IMG/VR virus record: IMGVR_UViG_3300036781_000821 | Span: 1-64,000 of that record | Length of the DNA stretch: 64,000 nucleotides | Source: a virus | Direction: 5' to 3' (one strand) | Shown here: one piece after another, positions 10,595-20,423 of the stretch | How positions within the stretch are numbered: the stretch's first letter is position 1 | Layout: each line of letters begins with the position of its first letter | Notes under the pieces: generated by a model | Told to the model about the DNA's origin: nothing | The model's database searches: none | Seen by the model: the letters and a program-made list of their open reading frames with translations, nothing else | Translations under genes and position numbers: made by a program

Positions 10595-11688
10595 AGCTAC
10601 CCACATGGGATGAATTAATTCTAGAACAGCTGAACGTAATGGAGCATCCATTAGACCAACCGCTATTTGTGGCAGGTCCGCCTGGTTCAGGGAAGACAGT
10701 CTTGGCGGTGCGCCGGGCGGAAATGGCTTCCGATAAAGGTCAACCTGTGGCCCTCGTAACATATAACCGCATGCTGCGAAGATTAGCCGCGATCCTGACT
10801 GGTGGTGATACCGTTGCGAATACGATGCACCGCTTTGCGTACCTCGATTATCGGAACCGAACGGGTACCGCTCCTCCCGGGTTCTTGTACCGCCCGAGCT
10901 ACGACTACGATTGGGATACGATGTTGGCGACGCTGGATGGACACGCCAACGCTGAAGCCAACTGGGATCATGTTGTGGTAGATGAGGGACAGGACCTTCC
11001 TGAAGGGTTTTTTCGATACCTTCGTCGACACGCCGCTCGTGTATTAACTGTTTTTGCAGACGAGGACCAAGCTCTAGACGATCGCAGAACGACTTTGACG
11101 CAGATTCGGACAGGGGCAGAACTCCCGAATCCTATTCTGCTTAAGGAGAATCACCGAAACCGTCCCGAAATTGCGGCGGTGGCTGAGCACTTCCATAGCG
11201 GCGTGCTGCCCGCTGCCACGCCGCGGCGACCTGTCCTCGGGCAACGACCGCGGCTGATCCAGAGGCCGTCAATCGTCGACACCGTCGAGCTAATCGCAAC
11301 ATGGCTTGAGAATCGTGGGGGAACCATCGGCGTCATTGTTGCCAAGAACTCAATGGCTGAGCGTGTTCGCCAGGCACTGACGAGCCGCTTATCCGGAAGG
11401 CGCGTCGATTGCTACACTTCGGGAAGGAACAATGAAGACCAGATTCAGCTTCTCGATGACGGTGTTACGATTCTGAACAAGAAGTCTGTCAAGGGACAGG
11501 AGTTTGACTCGGTGTTCCTTCTGGAGTTGGAACAGTTTGTTCCGTGTGCGACCGAGGTGATGAAACGGGGCATGTACATGATGTGTTCGCGAGCGCGTGA
11601 CCATCTATTCTTAGTGTATGGAGCCGCCGGCTTGACTGCCGCTGCGATGAAAGCGTTGCCGGGAGCCGATGTTCTGGAGCGTGGATGA
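10591..11688 (+). CDS. Compact SF1 (UvrD-like) helicase/ATPase
   Basis: GPPGSGKT, LVTYNR, VVVDEGQD, ADEDQ, ENHRN, KGQEFD, YMMCSRARD; ATGA overlap with upstream gene. Confidence 0.88.
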   Translation: MKLPTWDELILEQLNVMEHPLDQPLFVAGPPGSGKTVLAVRRAEMASDKGQPVALVTYNRMLRRLAAILTGGDTVANTMHRFAYLDYRNRTGTAPPGFLYRPSYDYDWDTMLATLDGHANAEANWDHVVVDEGQDLPEGFFRYLRRHAARVLTVFADEDQALDDRRTTLTQIRTGAELPNPILLKENHRNRPEIAAVAEHFHSGVLPAATPRRPVLGQRPRLIQRPSIVDTVELIATWLENRGGTIGVIVAKNSMAERVRQALTSRLSGRRVDCYTSGRNNEDQIQLLDDGVTILNKKSVKGQEFDSVFLLELEQFVPCATEVMKRGMYMMCSRARDHLFLVYGAAGLTAAAMKALPGADVLERG

Positions 11689-14492
11689 GCGTAAAGCAGA
11701 TTCCAATGGATTTCGTAGTTCCGGAAAGGAGGATGGACGGCCCCGTTGCTATGGGAAGCCTTTGGCTCGGCCTCACGGTGGATCATCGTGTTCTCTTTGA
11801 GGGACTTCAGGATGATTGGCTGCGCCCGCGTGAAGGAACTCACGGCTACGTCTTGGGTCGTCGAGCTTTCCCTGTCAATCGCGACGAACTCGCTGAGGGG
11901 CATCGCATTCTTGTTCGCATAAAACTAGATCCTACGCACCTCCCCCGATTGCCGGTTTATCGTCTTCAGGCTGGCGAATGGGCGCTTTCTTCAGTCCTTG
12001 CTGATGGGCCGGGCGATTCTCCTATCTTCTGGCCCGGCGTCATCCCGACCTTCGCCATATCAGACTTATTGGTCTCTTCAGATGAAGAGAGAGCACGGCT
12101 TGCCGGATTGGCCCGGCAGGTTTCGAACGTGGCACTGCCGTCAGTGCCACGCACACTGAGGCCTGGAAAAGACCTTGCTATTCCCCCGAGCGCCCTACCG
12201 CCCGAGCCAAGAGCGGGGATCGAATTGCCCGCAGGGTTAGACGCAGTCCGCGGTTCCATCGCAATGGGGATGTGGGCTATCCCACGAGTGGAACCATGGG
12301 CCGATTTGCTCTGCAAGAGTTTCGGACCCAATGCGATGGAGGAGCTGCCCTCGCTTGCCGGGTACCTTCACTCACCGTGGTGGGTTGCACCGCCCTGGAT
12401 TCGGAGATCGCCTCAATTACCCCTCTCTGGGCAAGAGCATCTATGGCTCGCTGCGATTCGTGTTTTCAGTAGGGCGCGCGCGGCACCGCAATTATTGGAA
12501 TCCGACCTGGTACAACAAATTGTTGAAGATGCCGGGCGCACCGCGTCGGACGACGACTTGCGCCGTCTCGGGGCTTGGGCAGACGAAACAAACCTGATAC
12601 TCCGAGGAAATACTCGACTCGAATTAAAAGATTGGAAATTGAATCCAGTCAGTAAGGCCATCCAGCTGGTGTTGGCACGCCCAGATCCCTCAAGTTTCGC
12701 GAAGTGGAAAGACGACCTTCCCTCGTTGCCACCGACTATCTGGTTCTCGGCCGCGGCCCTGTGTGGGCTCGTACATGGGTATCGGCGCCTTCCGATGTCG
12801 TTCAGGGGAGACGTCGAACAGCGACGTTTATTTGCGATTTATGCCCTTCATGCACTCGGTCCTGCGCCGCTCCCTGAAAACTGGGCCGCTTTAGTGCGAG
12901 CGGCCCCAGAATGGCATCGGGACTCAGGCGACATTGTGTTTTCCTGGTCGCGAACCGTGTATGCGCGAAAGGCTGAACACGCACGAGCAAAATGGTTCAC
13001 CTCGGATTTGGAGGACATAGCCGTCAGGAAGTCGGCAGAAGAAATTAGTCGGGCCAATCGGTGGCCTTGTGTTACTACCAGGGTCATTGTCCCAGGATGC
13101 GAGGTCCCGTTCTCCGGTGAATCCGTAGAAGTAATCGCGGGTCCACCGCAACATCTGGCGATGAAGGGCCGTACAGAATTCACGCTGCCTCCCGACGCGG
13201 TGTTTGAGCCGATTCTTGATCCAAAAGAATTCCGTCGGTGTATTGTGACCGAGGGGGCCACCGTTCCTATACCGGGGCCGCCGCAGCGAATCCTGCCGAC
13301 TGCAGTATCGATAGAGGTTCCGAAGCCGATCGGTGTTCCTGGGTTAGCTTATGTCCGAGAGTTTTTAACTGAGGCTCAACAGGCAGACCTGATTGCAATT
13401 ATCGATAAAGGCGAATGGAATTCTGAGCTTCGCCGCCGAGTTCAGCATTTCGGGTGGCGCTACGACTACAAGACTCGCGAGATCGATATGTCGATGAGAC
13501 TAGGTCCCTTACCTCCATGGGCGAGCGCGTTAGCAGAGAGGCTTAATTTAGAAGGGCTTCTACCGCACGTCCCTGACCAGGTGATTGTGAATGAGTACGT
13601 TGAGAATCAGGGAATCAGTAGGCACATTGACTGTGTCCCTTGTTTCGATGATGGTGTGGCGATGATCAGCCTCCTTGAATCGTGGGAAATGATATTCCAG
13701 AAGAAGGGCGAAGGGACACAAGTGGCCAAGCTACTAGAGGACCGTAGCGTTACAGTTATGAGTGGCGATGCGCGTTACCAGTGGTCACACGAGATTCCTG
13801 CGAGGTACTCGGAGCCCACTGGCCTGCGTCGGCAGCGGCGGGTCTCAGTGACTTTCCGCAAAGTGAAGGTGAGCGACACTCCTCGCCTTCGCGAATCCCG
13901 CGGCCGTTCTCGCAATAGCGGTTTGCCCGCGCGCAAGAAAGCCTTGTCCTCTCCCGTGCAGGTCAAGGTTGATCGAATTCGCGCAACAGATCCGACATTA
14001 ATGGCCACCAGGACCGCCGATGAGTCGCGTGGGATGGCAAGAGAAATAGATGTCCAGTTGCGGGCACACGAAGGAGGCATAGTAGTTGCCGCCCGTCAGG
14101 TACAGGATGGCGACAAGGCACTCGCGGCACGAATCACTGTCGTGGACATCCGCACGTTTCAAGACGGAAAGCTGATCACGAGTAAGCAGTTTCATTCGAA
14201 CGAAGGCCGCTTCCTATACCATGCCATCCAACTTAGAAGAGTTGTGGGTACAGAGGGTGACCTTCATTACGGTGACGAAGGGTTGTGGTGGCTAGTGTAC
14301 CCCATGAAGGGTAAGCAAAGCGTTCAGATGTATTGGCCGGACCGACCGATAGACCACGGCAAACAACTACCACCTGGGAGATATTGTGCTGCGTTAGAAA
14401 TCTGGATTGGAGAGAAGAGTCTTCGGTTTGAGGCGCTCTGGGAAATTGACGCAGAACACAGGGTTACGACTTCTAGGATCGAGCGCAAATGA
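11685..14492 (+). CDS. Large multidomain protein with internal AlkB-type 2OG-Fe(II) dioxygenase
   Basis: RRVQHFGWRYDY, DQVIVNEY..NQGISRHID, WSHEI, RRVSVTFR (~13340-13865); ~550-aa unknown N-terminus; ATGA overlap. Confidence 0.82.
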   Translation: MSVKQIPMDFVVPERRMDGPVAMGSLWLGLTVDHRVLFEGLQDDWLRPREGTHGYVLGRRAFPVNRDELAEGHRILVRIKLDPTHLPRLPVYRLQAGEWALSSVLADGPGDSPIFWPGVIPTFAISDLLVSSDEERARLAGLARQVSNVALPSVPRTLRPGKDLAIPPSALPPEPRAGIELPAGLDAVRGSIAMGMWAIPRVEPWADLLCKSFGPNAMEELPSLAGYLHSPWWVAPPWIRRSPQLPLSGQEHLWLAAIRVFSRARAAPQLLESDLVQQIVEDAGRTASDDDLRRLGAWADETNLILRGNTRLELKDWKLNPVSKAIQLVLARPDPSSFAKWKDDLPSLPPTIWFSAAALCGLVHGYRRLPMSFRGDVEQRRLFAIYALHALGPAPLPENWAALVRAAPEWHRDSGDIVFSWSRTVYARKAEHARAKWFTSDLEDIAVRKSAEEISRANRWPCVTTRVIVPGCEVPFSGESVEVIAGPPQHLAMKGRTEFTLPPDAVFEPILDPKEFRRCIVTEGATVPIPGPPQRILPTAVSIEVPKPIGVPGLAYVREFLTEAQQADLIAIIDKGEWNSELRRRVQHFGWRYDYKTREIDMSMRLGPLPPWASALAERLNLEGLLPHVPDQVIVNEYVENQGISRHIDCVPCFDDGVAMISLLESWEMIFQKKGEGTQVAKLLEDRSVTVMSGDARYQWSHEIPARYSEPTGLRRQRRVSVTFRKVKVSDTPRLRESRGRSRNSGLPARKKALSSPVQVKVDRIRATDPTLMATRTADESRGMAREIDVQLRAHEGGIVVAARQVQDGDKALAARITVVDIRTFQDGKLITSKQFHSNEGRFLYHAIQLRRVVGTEGDLHYGDEGLWWLVYPMKGKQSVQMYWPDRPIDHGKQLPPGRYCAALEIWIGEKSLRFEALWEIDAEHRVTTSRIERK

Positions 14493-14811
14493 AGCCACAA
14501 ACGCACGGCCGAGCGCGCGCAGTGTACCGACAACGTACATCGGAGAGCCCAAAAGAGCCTAAGTCAGCCCAGATAATCCGAAGAGCTCTTCCCCCTATGC
14601 CTCTGCATCTGTGGGAGTTTCGCTGATTCTAAAAACCACTTGCTTGCTGGCATAGCGGCCCTGAAAAGGCTGGCGTCGGCGCTTGGCCCTGGCTTCTTCC
14701 ACGGGAATTCTTCGTCGCTGGCCTCTGCTACGCGTCGTCTGCACCCCCGTTGTTTTCGTTGACAGATTCGAGTAAAGTATGCAGCATTACCTCTAAAAGG
14801 AAGGAGCTGCA

Positions 14812-15510
14812 ATGGCGAAACAAGCTAACGTCATTTCGCATTGGTCGCAACTCATCGAGAATTTCCAGACCTCATCGCTTGACTTCTATACCTCCGTCGA
14901 GAGGGCGGTCGGAACAAGGGCTGTCCCGGAGATCCACTGGAGTCGCGTGGAGCACAAGGAAGGCGGTCTCGCCAGCGCAAACCGAGAGTACGTTCGCATG
15001 CATCGTGGCAAACATGCGTTCGATATCTGTGCGGCGCCCTTCGGCACCGGCTTCTTCATCTCATGGTGGTTTACGGAACCGCCCTTGCGCTTCGGCTTTC
15101 TCTATACCGTCGCCGTCTTTTTTGGAGTCCTAATCGCCGCCGACATTGCCTACACTATGGGCTTCGCGTTGGGAATAGCGATCTCGGGATTTGGCCTCGG
15201 CTTCCTGATGGCTGGCGCTGGTGTGTTCTTGGGCGTACCACTTCTGCTCTGGCTCATCGGAAATGGCCTGCGTCAAGGCATTATCCTGGGCGAAAGTATG
15301 GTTCTGGCAATGCCGCTCGTCGGCTGGCTATACGAGCGGGTTTTCGCTCCCGCAACTTTCTATAACCTTGATACTGCTCTGATGTTCCAGGAAGCAGTAC
15401 ACAATGCCGTCCTAGAAGTGCTCGATTGTGTCACCGCGGACAAGGGAGTTCGCGCGCTTACCGAAGCTGAGCGCAAGCCCATCATGAAGCGCTTAGCTGC
15501 GTCGGTCTGA
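14812..15510 (+). CDS. Membrane protein upstream of coupling-type ATPase
   Basis: 2-3 hydrophobic helices; GGAG RBS; 3-nt gap to next gene. Confidence 0.7.
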   Translation: MAKQANVISHWSQLIENFQTSSLDFYTSVERAVGTRAVPEIHWSRVEHKEGGLASANREYVRMHRGKHAFDICAAPFGTGFFISWWFTEPPLRFGFLYTVAVFFGVLIAADIAYTMGFALGIAISGFGLGFLMAGAGVFLGVPLLLWLIGNGLRQGIILGESMVLAMPLVGWLYERVFAPATFYNLDTALMFQEAVHNAVLEVLDCVTADKGVRALTEAERKPIMKRLAASV

Positions 15511-15513
15511 TGT

Positions 15514-18500
15514 ATGTCTTGCGAGTCTTCGTCTAGCGAAGCCCTGACTCGGCAGTTCTATAACTGGGAAGTCCGGGGAAGGGGATGGGAAGTCTGGGGC
15601 CAGCCGGTTGAGCTGGAGCCGCCGTTCCGTCCTTTCTTCGGTCACTTCCTCGCGGGGATGCCCGGTACCCGAAAAGATGACGGTCGAAAACCGACGTTTC
15701 TAAGTTCGTTCTTCGATCGGCTCAAACCGATGGGTACCGCCCCTGAGTTGATTGCCACCGAGGAGGAACCGGCAGCCACGTACCTGACGGATGAACCCTC
15801 CATTCTTGAAATACAGACCGCGCTTCCGCCGGAGATGAAGATCACCAAAGATGCTGCCAGCCAATTCCTGCTCAGTCTGGGACACGTCTCCCGTCCGGTC
15901 AGTTTCGAGGTTATCGGCACAGGCGAATCCATCGTGGTGCAAATGGCCTGTGCTCGACCCGATCACCGCCAGATCCGCGAACAACTGCAAGCGTACTTCC
16001 CAGACGCGATCCTCACGGAGCGACACGGACACCTGGGAGCGCTATGGGATGAAACCGGGGCACGCGAGAGCGTTGCCGTTGATTTCGGTTTATCGAAAGA
16101 GTTCATGCGTCCTCTACGTTCTTACGAACGGTTCGATCCTGATCCGTTGGCCGGTCTCATTGGAACCATGGCCGAACTATCGAAAGATGAAGTTGCCGTA
16201 TTCCAGGTGCTCTTCACCCCAGTACGGCATGCATGGCCGGAGAGCATCATTAGGGCAGTAACCGATGCAGAAGGCAACTCCTTCTTCCTTGATGATCCGT
16301 CCATGATCAAACTGGCTGCGGATAAAGTATCGTCGCCGCTCTTTGCCGCGGTCGTCCGCGTTGCCGCTCAGAGCCCACGGAGAAAGAGGGCGTGGCGGAT
16401 CGTCCAAGGCATCGGCAAATCACTCCGCCAATTTGCCGATGCTGCCAGCAATGAGTTCATTCCGCTTGCAAACGATGACTATGAGGATGGGCAACACGCG
16501 CGTGATGTCGTCGCGCGAGCGAGTTGCCGTTCGGGCATGCTGCTCAACTGCAATGAGCTGCTCTCACTTGTTCATCTACCATCGGCGTCCGCACGGACAG
16601 TCAAGCTCAAGCGGGAAGAACGGCGGACGAAGGCGGCGCCAGTTCTCGCATTCGGCCACAAGCTTGCCATAGGCGAGAATCACCACGCCGGCAAAACCAA
16701 ACACATAACGATGAGTCCCGACCAGCGGGTACGGCATATGCACGTTATTGGGACATCCGGGAGTGGTAAAAGCACGCTCCTGTTGAACATGATTGCTGAG
16801 GACATTCGGAACGGGGAAGGCCTGGCGGTGCTCGATCCCCATGGGGATTTGATTGACCAGGTGCTCGGTCACATTCCCGAGGAGCGGATCGGTGACGTGG
16901 TGCTCGTTGATCCCTCTGACGAAGCCTATCCCATCGGATTCAACATTCTCTCCGCTCACTCCGAGCTTGAACGGAATCTTCTCGCGTCGGATCTGGTTTC
17001 AGTCTTTCGCAGACTCTCGACCTCCTTTGGCGATCAAATGACCACCGTGCTGGCCAACGCCATCATGGCATTTCTAGAGAGCGATGAAGGGGGGACTCTC
17101 TCGGACCTTCGAAGGTTTCTCGTTGAGCCTGGCTTCCGAGCCGAGTTTCTCCAGTCGGTTCGCGACCCTGAGATTGTGTACTACTGGGAGAAAGAATTCG
17201 CGCTTCTCGCGGGTAAACCGCAAGGCCCGATCCTGACCCGGCTCGATACCTTTCTCCGACCCAAGGTCATCCGGTACATGGTTTCGCAAAAGCAGAACCG
17301 CATTGATTTCGCGGCGATTATGAATAGCCGAAAGATCCTCCTGGTCAAGCTTGCCCAGGGTCTCATCGGCGAGGAGAACTCATATCTCTTAGGTACACTC
17401 ATGGTCTCGAGGATCAATCAGATGGCCATGAGCCGCCAGAATATGGCCGCTTCGGAGCGCAAGCACTTCTATCTCTATATCGATGAGTTCCACAACTTTA
17501 TAACGCCATCGCTCGCAGCGATTCTCGCCGGTGCACGGAAATACAACCTCGGGCTGATCCTCGCGCACCAAGAACTGCAGCAGCTTTCGACTCGCGACGG
17601 TGACGTGGCAAGTGCCGTGATTTCGAATCCATACACACGAGTCTGCTTTCGACTCGGCGACTTCGACGCAAGGAAGCTGGAAGACGGATTCTCTTATTTC
17701 AAAGCCAAAGATCTCCAGAACCTCGCGGTCGGGGAGGCGATCTGCCGCATCGAACGGGCGGAGTATGATTTCAATCTGAAGATCACGCCGCTTCCTGCGG
17801 TGGAGCCGGAGGTCGCCGCACGGCGTCGGGAGCAGATTATCGCCTCCTCACGGGAGCGATATGCGACGCGGCGCGAGGATGTAGAGACGCTGCTTCGTGC
17901 CGGGCATTCGGTCGCGGAGGAGCCGTCGGCTCCCGCTTCGAGGAAGACGGCGAAGATCAGGGTTCCCGTTCCGCTCCCGACTGAGAAACTCGCAACGGAG
18001 GAAACCCTACCGGCGGTCGCGACACCGGGCCGCGGGGGAGAGCATCATAAATATCTCCAGCAGCTCATAAAGCGCTGGGCGGAGGCTCGCGGATACGCGG
18101 TCACGATAGAAAAATCGATCCTCGACGGTCTGGGATCGATCGATGTAGCTTTGGAGAAGGGGAACCGTTCGGTCGCGTGCGAGGTGTCGGTGACCACCGA
18201 TCCCCAGCACGAAGTCAGCAACGTTCAAAAGTGCCTGGCCGCTGGCTTTGACGAGGTGATGCTCATTTCTTCGGAGAAGAAGGTGCTCGCCGCCGCGCGG
18301 CACGCCCTGGTCTCGGTGCTCAGCTCCGCTCAGTACCGGCAGGTGAGGTTCCTGACGCCGGAGGAACTCTTCTCTTTCCTGGAAAGTTCGGAGGCCAAGC
18401 CCGCTGCGAAGGGGGCGAGCGCCGATCCGGACGAGATGTTGACCGCCAAGGAAGTAGAGGAGCTCCTCCGGATCGACGTGAAGACGGTTTACAGCTACGC

Positions 18501-18621
18501 CCAACGGGGCCTCTTGCCGTATGTAAAGATCCAGTCGAACCTCCGTTTCGTGAAGAGCGAGATCCTCAAGTGGATGGCGGAGCACCAGTTCAAGCCGACT
18601 ACGCGAAACTCAAGAAAGTGA
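15514..18621 (+). CDS. VirD4/TraD/HerA-like ATPase fused to PD-(D/E)XK-like and HTH_17 domains
   Basis: HMHVIGTSGSGKS, VLDPHGDL, FYLYIDEFHNF, ARKYNLGLILAHQ; C-terminal IDVALEK..VACEV and LTAKEVEELLRIDVKTVY. Confidence 0.82.
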   Translation: MSCESSSSEALTRQFYNWEVRGRGWEVWGQPVELEPPFRPFFGHFLAGMPGTRKDDGRKPTFLSSFFDRLKPMGTAPELIATEEEPAATYLTDEPSILEIQTALPPEMKITKDAASQFLLSLGHVSRPVSFEVIGTGESIVVQMACARPDHRQIREQLQAYFPDAILTERHGHLGALWDETGARESVAVDFGLSKEFMRPLRSYERFDPDPLAGLIGTMAELSKDEVAVFQVLFTPVRHAWPESIIRAVTDAEGNSFFLDDPSMIKLAADKVSSPLFAAVVRVAAQSPRRKRAWRIVQGIGKSLRQFADAASNEFIPLANDDYEDGQHARDVVARASCRSGMLLNCNELLSLVHLPSASARTVKLKREERRTKAAPVLAFGHKLAIGENHHAGKTKHITMSPDQRVRHMHVIGTSGSGKSTLLLNMIAEDIRNGEGLAVLDPHGDLIDQVLGHIPEERIGDVVLVDPSDEAYPIGFNILSAHSELERNLLASDLVSVFRRLSTSFGDQMTTVLANAIMAFLESDEGGTLSDLRRFLVEPGFRAEFLQSVRDPEIVYYWEKEFALLAGKPQGPILTRLDTFLRPKVIRYMVSQKQNRIDFAAIMNSRKILLVKLAQGLIGEENSYLLGTLMVSRINQMAMSRQNMAASERKHFYLYIDEFHNFITPSLAAILAGARKYNLGLILAHQELQQLSTRDGDVASAVISNPYTRVCFRLGDFDARKLEDGFSYFKAKDLQNLAVGEAICRIERAEYDFNLKITPLPAVEPEVAARRREQIIASSRERYATRREDVETLLRAGHSVAEEPSAPASRKTAKIRVPVPLPTEKLATEETLPAVATPGRGGEHHKYLQQLIKRWAEARGYAVTIEKSILDGLGSIDVALEKGNRSVACEVSVTTDPQHEVSNVQKCLAAGFDEVMLISSEKKVLAAARHALVSVLSSAQYRQVRFLTPEELFSFLESSEAKPAAKGASADPDEMLTAKEVEELLRIDVKTVYSYAQRGLLPYVKIQSNLRFVKSEILKWMAEHQFKPTTRNSRK

Positions 18622-18956
18622 TATGGCTCCAGGGCCGAGCCGTGATGGCGGCGATGCCGTCAGAAATAAATCGGGTTTTAGCGCGCCAGCCAGGGCGAAG
18701 AGTGACTTGATAAAGTATTCCTTGAACTTAAGACTTCAGTGATGTAAAGTAAGGGAAACGTCGCCGGTATAAGTCTACCCACAGACTTTCCGGCCGAGCC
18801 AAGCAGTAGATGAAATTGATGGTCGTCAGATTCGTAGACGTGCTGGCGTCCCTTGCAGCGAAAGATAAAGCCCGGTTGGTGTTCCCACAACACCAGATCC
18901 GGGCCTGCACACGCTCCTAGAGAGAGCGCGCGGGATGTTGGCGGAAGGAACTGAGA

Positions 18957-19436
18957 ATGTCCACCAACATCGTTCGCGCTCCCGCTGGTACGCACTCCTC
19001 TCGCGAGCCCTCAGATCGTACTCCTGCTTCCCCAGCCCGTCAAGCGGAACCACTTCCAGTACAAGAAAGCGCCAATCCAGAGACGGTTGCAAAGCTGGAG
19101 CTAGCGATGCGAGTGGCCGTGGTGCAAGCAATTCATTCGAACTTCAAAAGCCAGCCCAACCGGCTAGAGATTAAGCTCGCGATTGAATCAGTAGCGAAGC
19201 TCTTCCAGTCGCCGGTCCGCCGGGGCCGGCGGCGCGATCCCTCCGTCACCCGGGCGGTCGAACTGCGATTGCAGAATATGCCTTGGCCACAAGTGTACCG
19301 ATCTATCATTGCCAACTTTGATGAACTCGACGACGGTCCACGGATGCTGGCTACGCTCAAACTGCGCCAGGCAGTTGGGATGCGGATGAAAACCGTGAAC
19401 AGCGTCGATAATTCCCCGTCGAATTTCTTAGCCTAA
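18957..19436 (+). CDS. Hypothetical basic protein
   Basis: ORF with GGAAGGA RBS; RRGRRRDP motif. Confidence 0.45.
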   Translation: MSTNIVRAPAGTHSSREPSDRTPASPARQAEPLPVQESANPETVAKLELAMRVAVVQAIHSNFKSQPNRLEIKLAIESVAKLFQSPVRRGRRRDPSVTRAVELRLQNMPWPQVYRSIIANFDELDDGPRMLATLKLRQAVGMRMKTVNSVDNSPSNFLA

Positions 19437-19822
19437 GAATTAGGTCACCTTTCATGCGGATTAAAAAAACGCCGCGTTGATATTCGTCTCGACGACTCCG
19501 GCGTATCGCCGTACACTGATCTCGGGCTGCATAGAAGCTAGCAGCCGGGAAGGAGAAGACACAACATGGACAACCCACTTTCGACATTCATCGAGAAGGC
19601 AATTGAGGTTGGCACGCAGGTCATCAGAAACGGGAACTGATACCAGGCGGCCGGTATGGGCGGTGGCGAGGGCCCGTTGGGGGCTCTCGCCACCTTTTCT
19701 TTAGAGGTGAAACATGGAAAAGCGGAAGCCATATGGTGAACCTTACGTAGTTTGCGATTGCTTGCCGCCGGTGCACGATCTGCAAGAAGGAGTCGTGGTC
19801 CTGGGCAAGGGTAAGTAACGGT

Positions 19823-20044
19823 ATGTTGCTCTGCCCCCGTTGCGAAAACGGAAGAAATCGGGACATAGGTTATTTCTTTTCGACGATTATGCGCACTCCC
19901 GAAACCCAGGCTCTACATTGTTTGAATGCCGCGATCGATCTACCAATCGTGAGGTGTGAGAACTGTGGTTGGACGTTCGAGACTGTTTTGACGCGCGAGG
20001 ATCTGTTCGGAATGACGGTGTCCAAGCGTTTTGGAAAAGGTTAA
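19823..20044 (+). CDS. Small zinc-ribbon protein
   Basis: CPRC...CENC. Confidence 0.4.
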   Translation: MLLCPRCENGRNRDIGYFFSTIMRTPETQALHCLNAAIDLPIVRCENCGWTFETVLTREDLFGMTVSKRFGKG

Positions 20045-20165
20045 CCGATCCACGGGTTTGACGTACATCGGGGAGCGCAGCCTGGCGGGCGGTTATGATA
20101 CACTGCGGTCGTGCGAGGCGGCTGCCAGATTGGGAAGCGACCGCAAGGTGGATTCTCAAGTTGTG

Positions 20166-20240
20166 TACTGTCTGGCTTACTGTCCGTTTTCGCCTCCGAA
20201 CAGGGGGTATTTGATAGACAGTATAGATGGTATAGACAGT
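20166..20240. repeat. att-arm-like repeats of the left element
   Basis: TACTGTC at 20166 and 20178; ATAGACAGT-ATAGATGGT-ATAGACAGT 9-bp tandem at 20214-20240, just 5' of the tRNA. Confidence 0.55.
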
Positions 20241-20293
20241 TTCTTAGAAGTGTAAGCGGCGCAGAATGAGCTAAGTAGCGGATTCAACGGTGA

Positions 20294-20368
<75 letters not shown>

Positions 20369-20390
20369 ACTTTTCAAAGACTTACGAACC

Positions 20391-20423
20391 CGAGCACAAC
20401 CCCGTGCTCGATCTTTGCTCGAT
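20391..20423. repeat. Integrase arm-type sites (attL side)
   Basis: GTGCTCGAT 20404, TTGCTCGAT 20415, inverted CGAGCAC 20391; same motif pair at 63852/63863. Confidence 0.7.
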
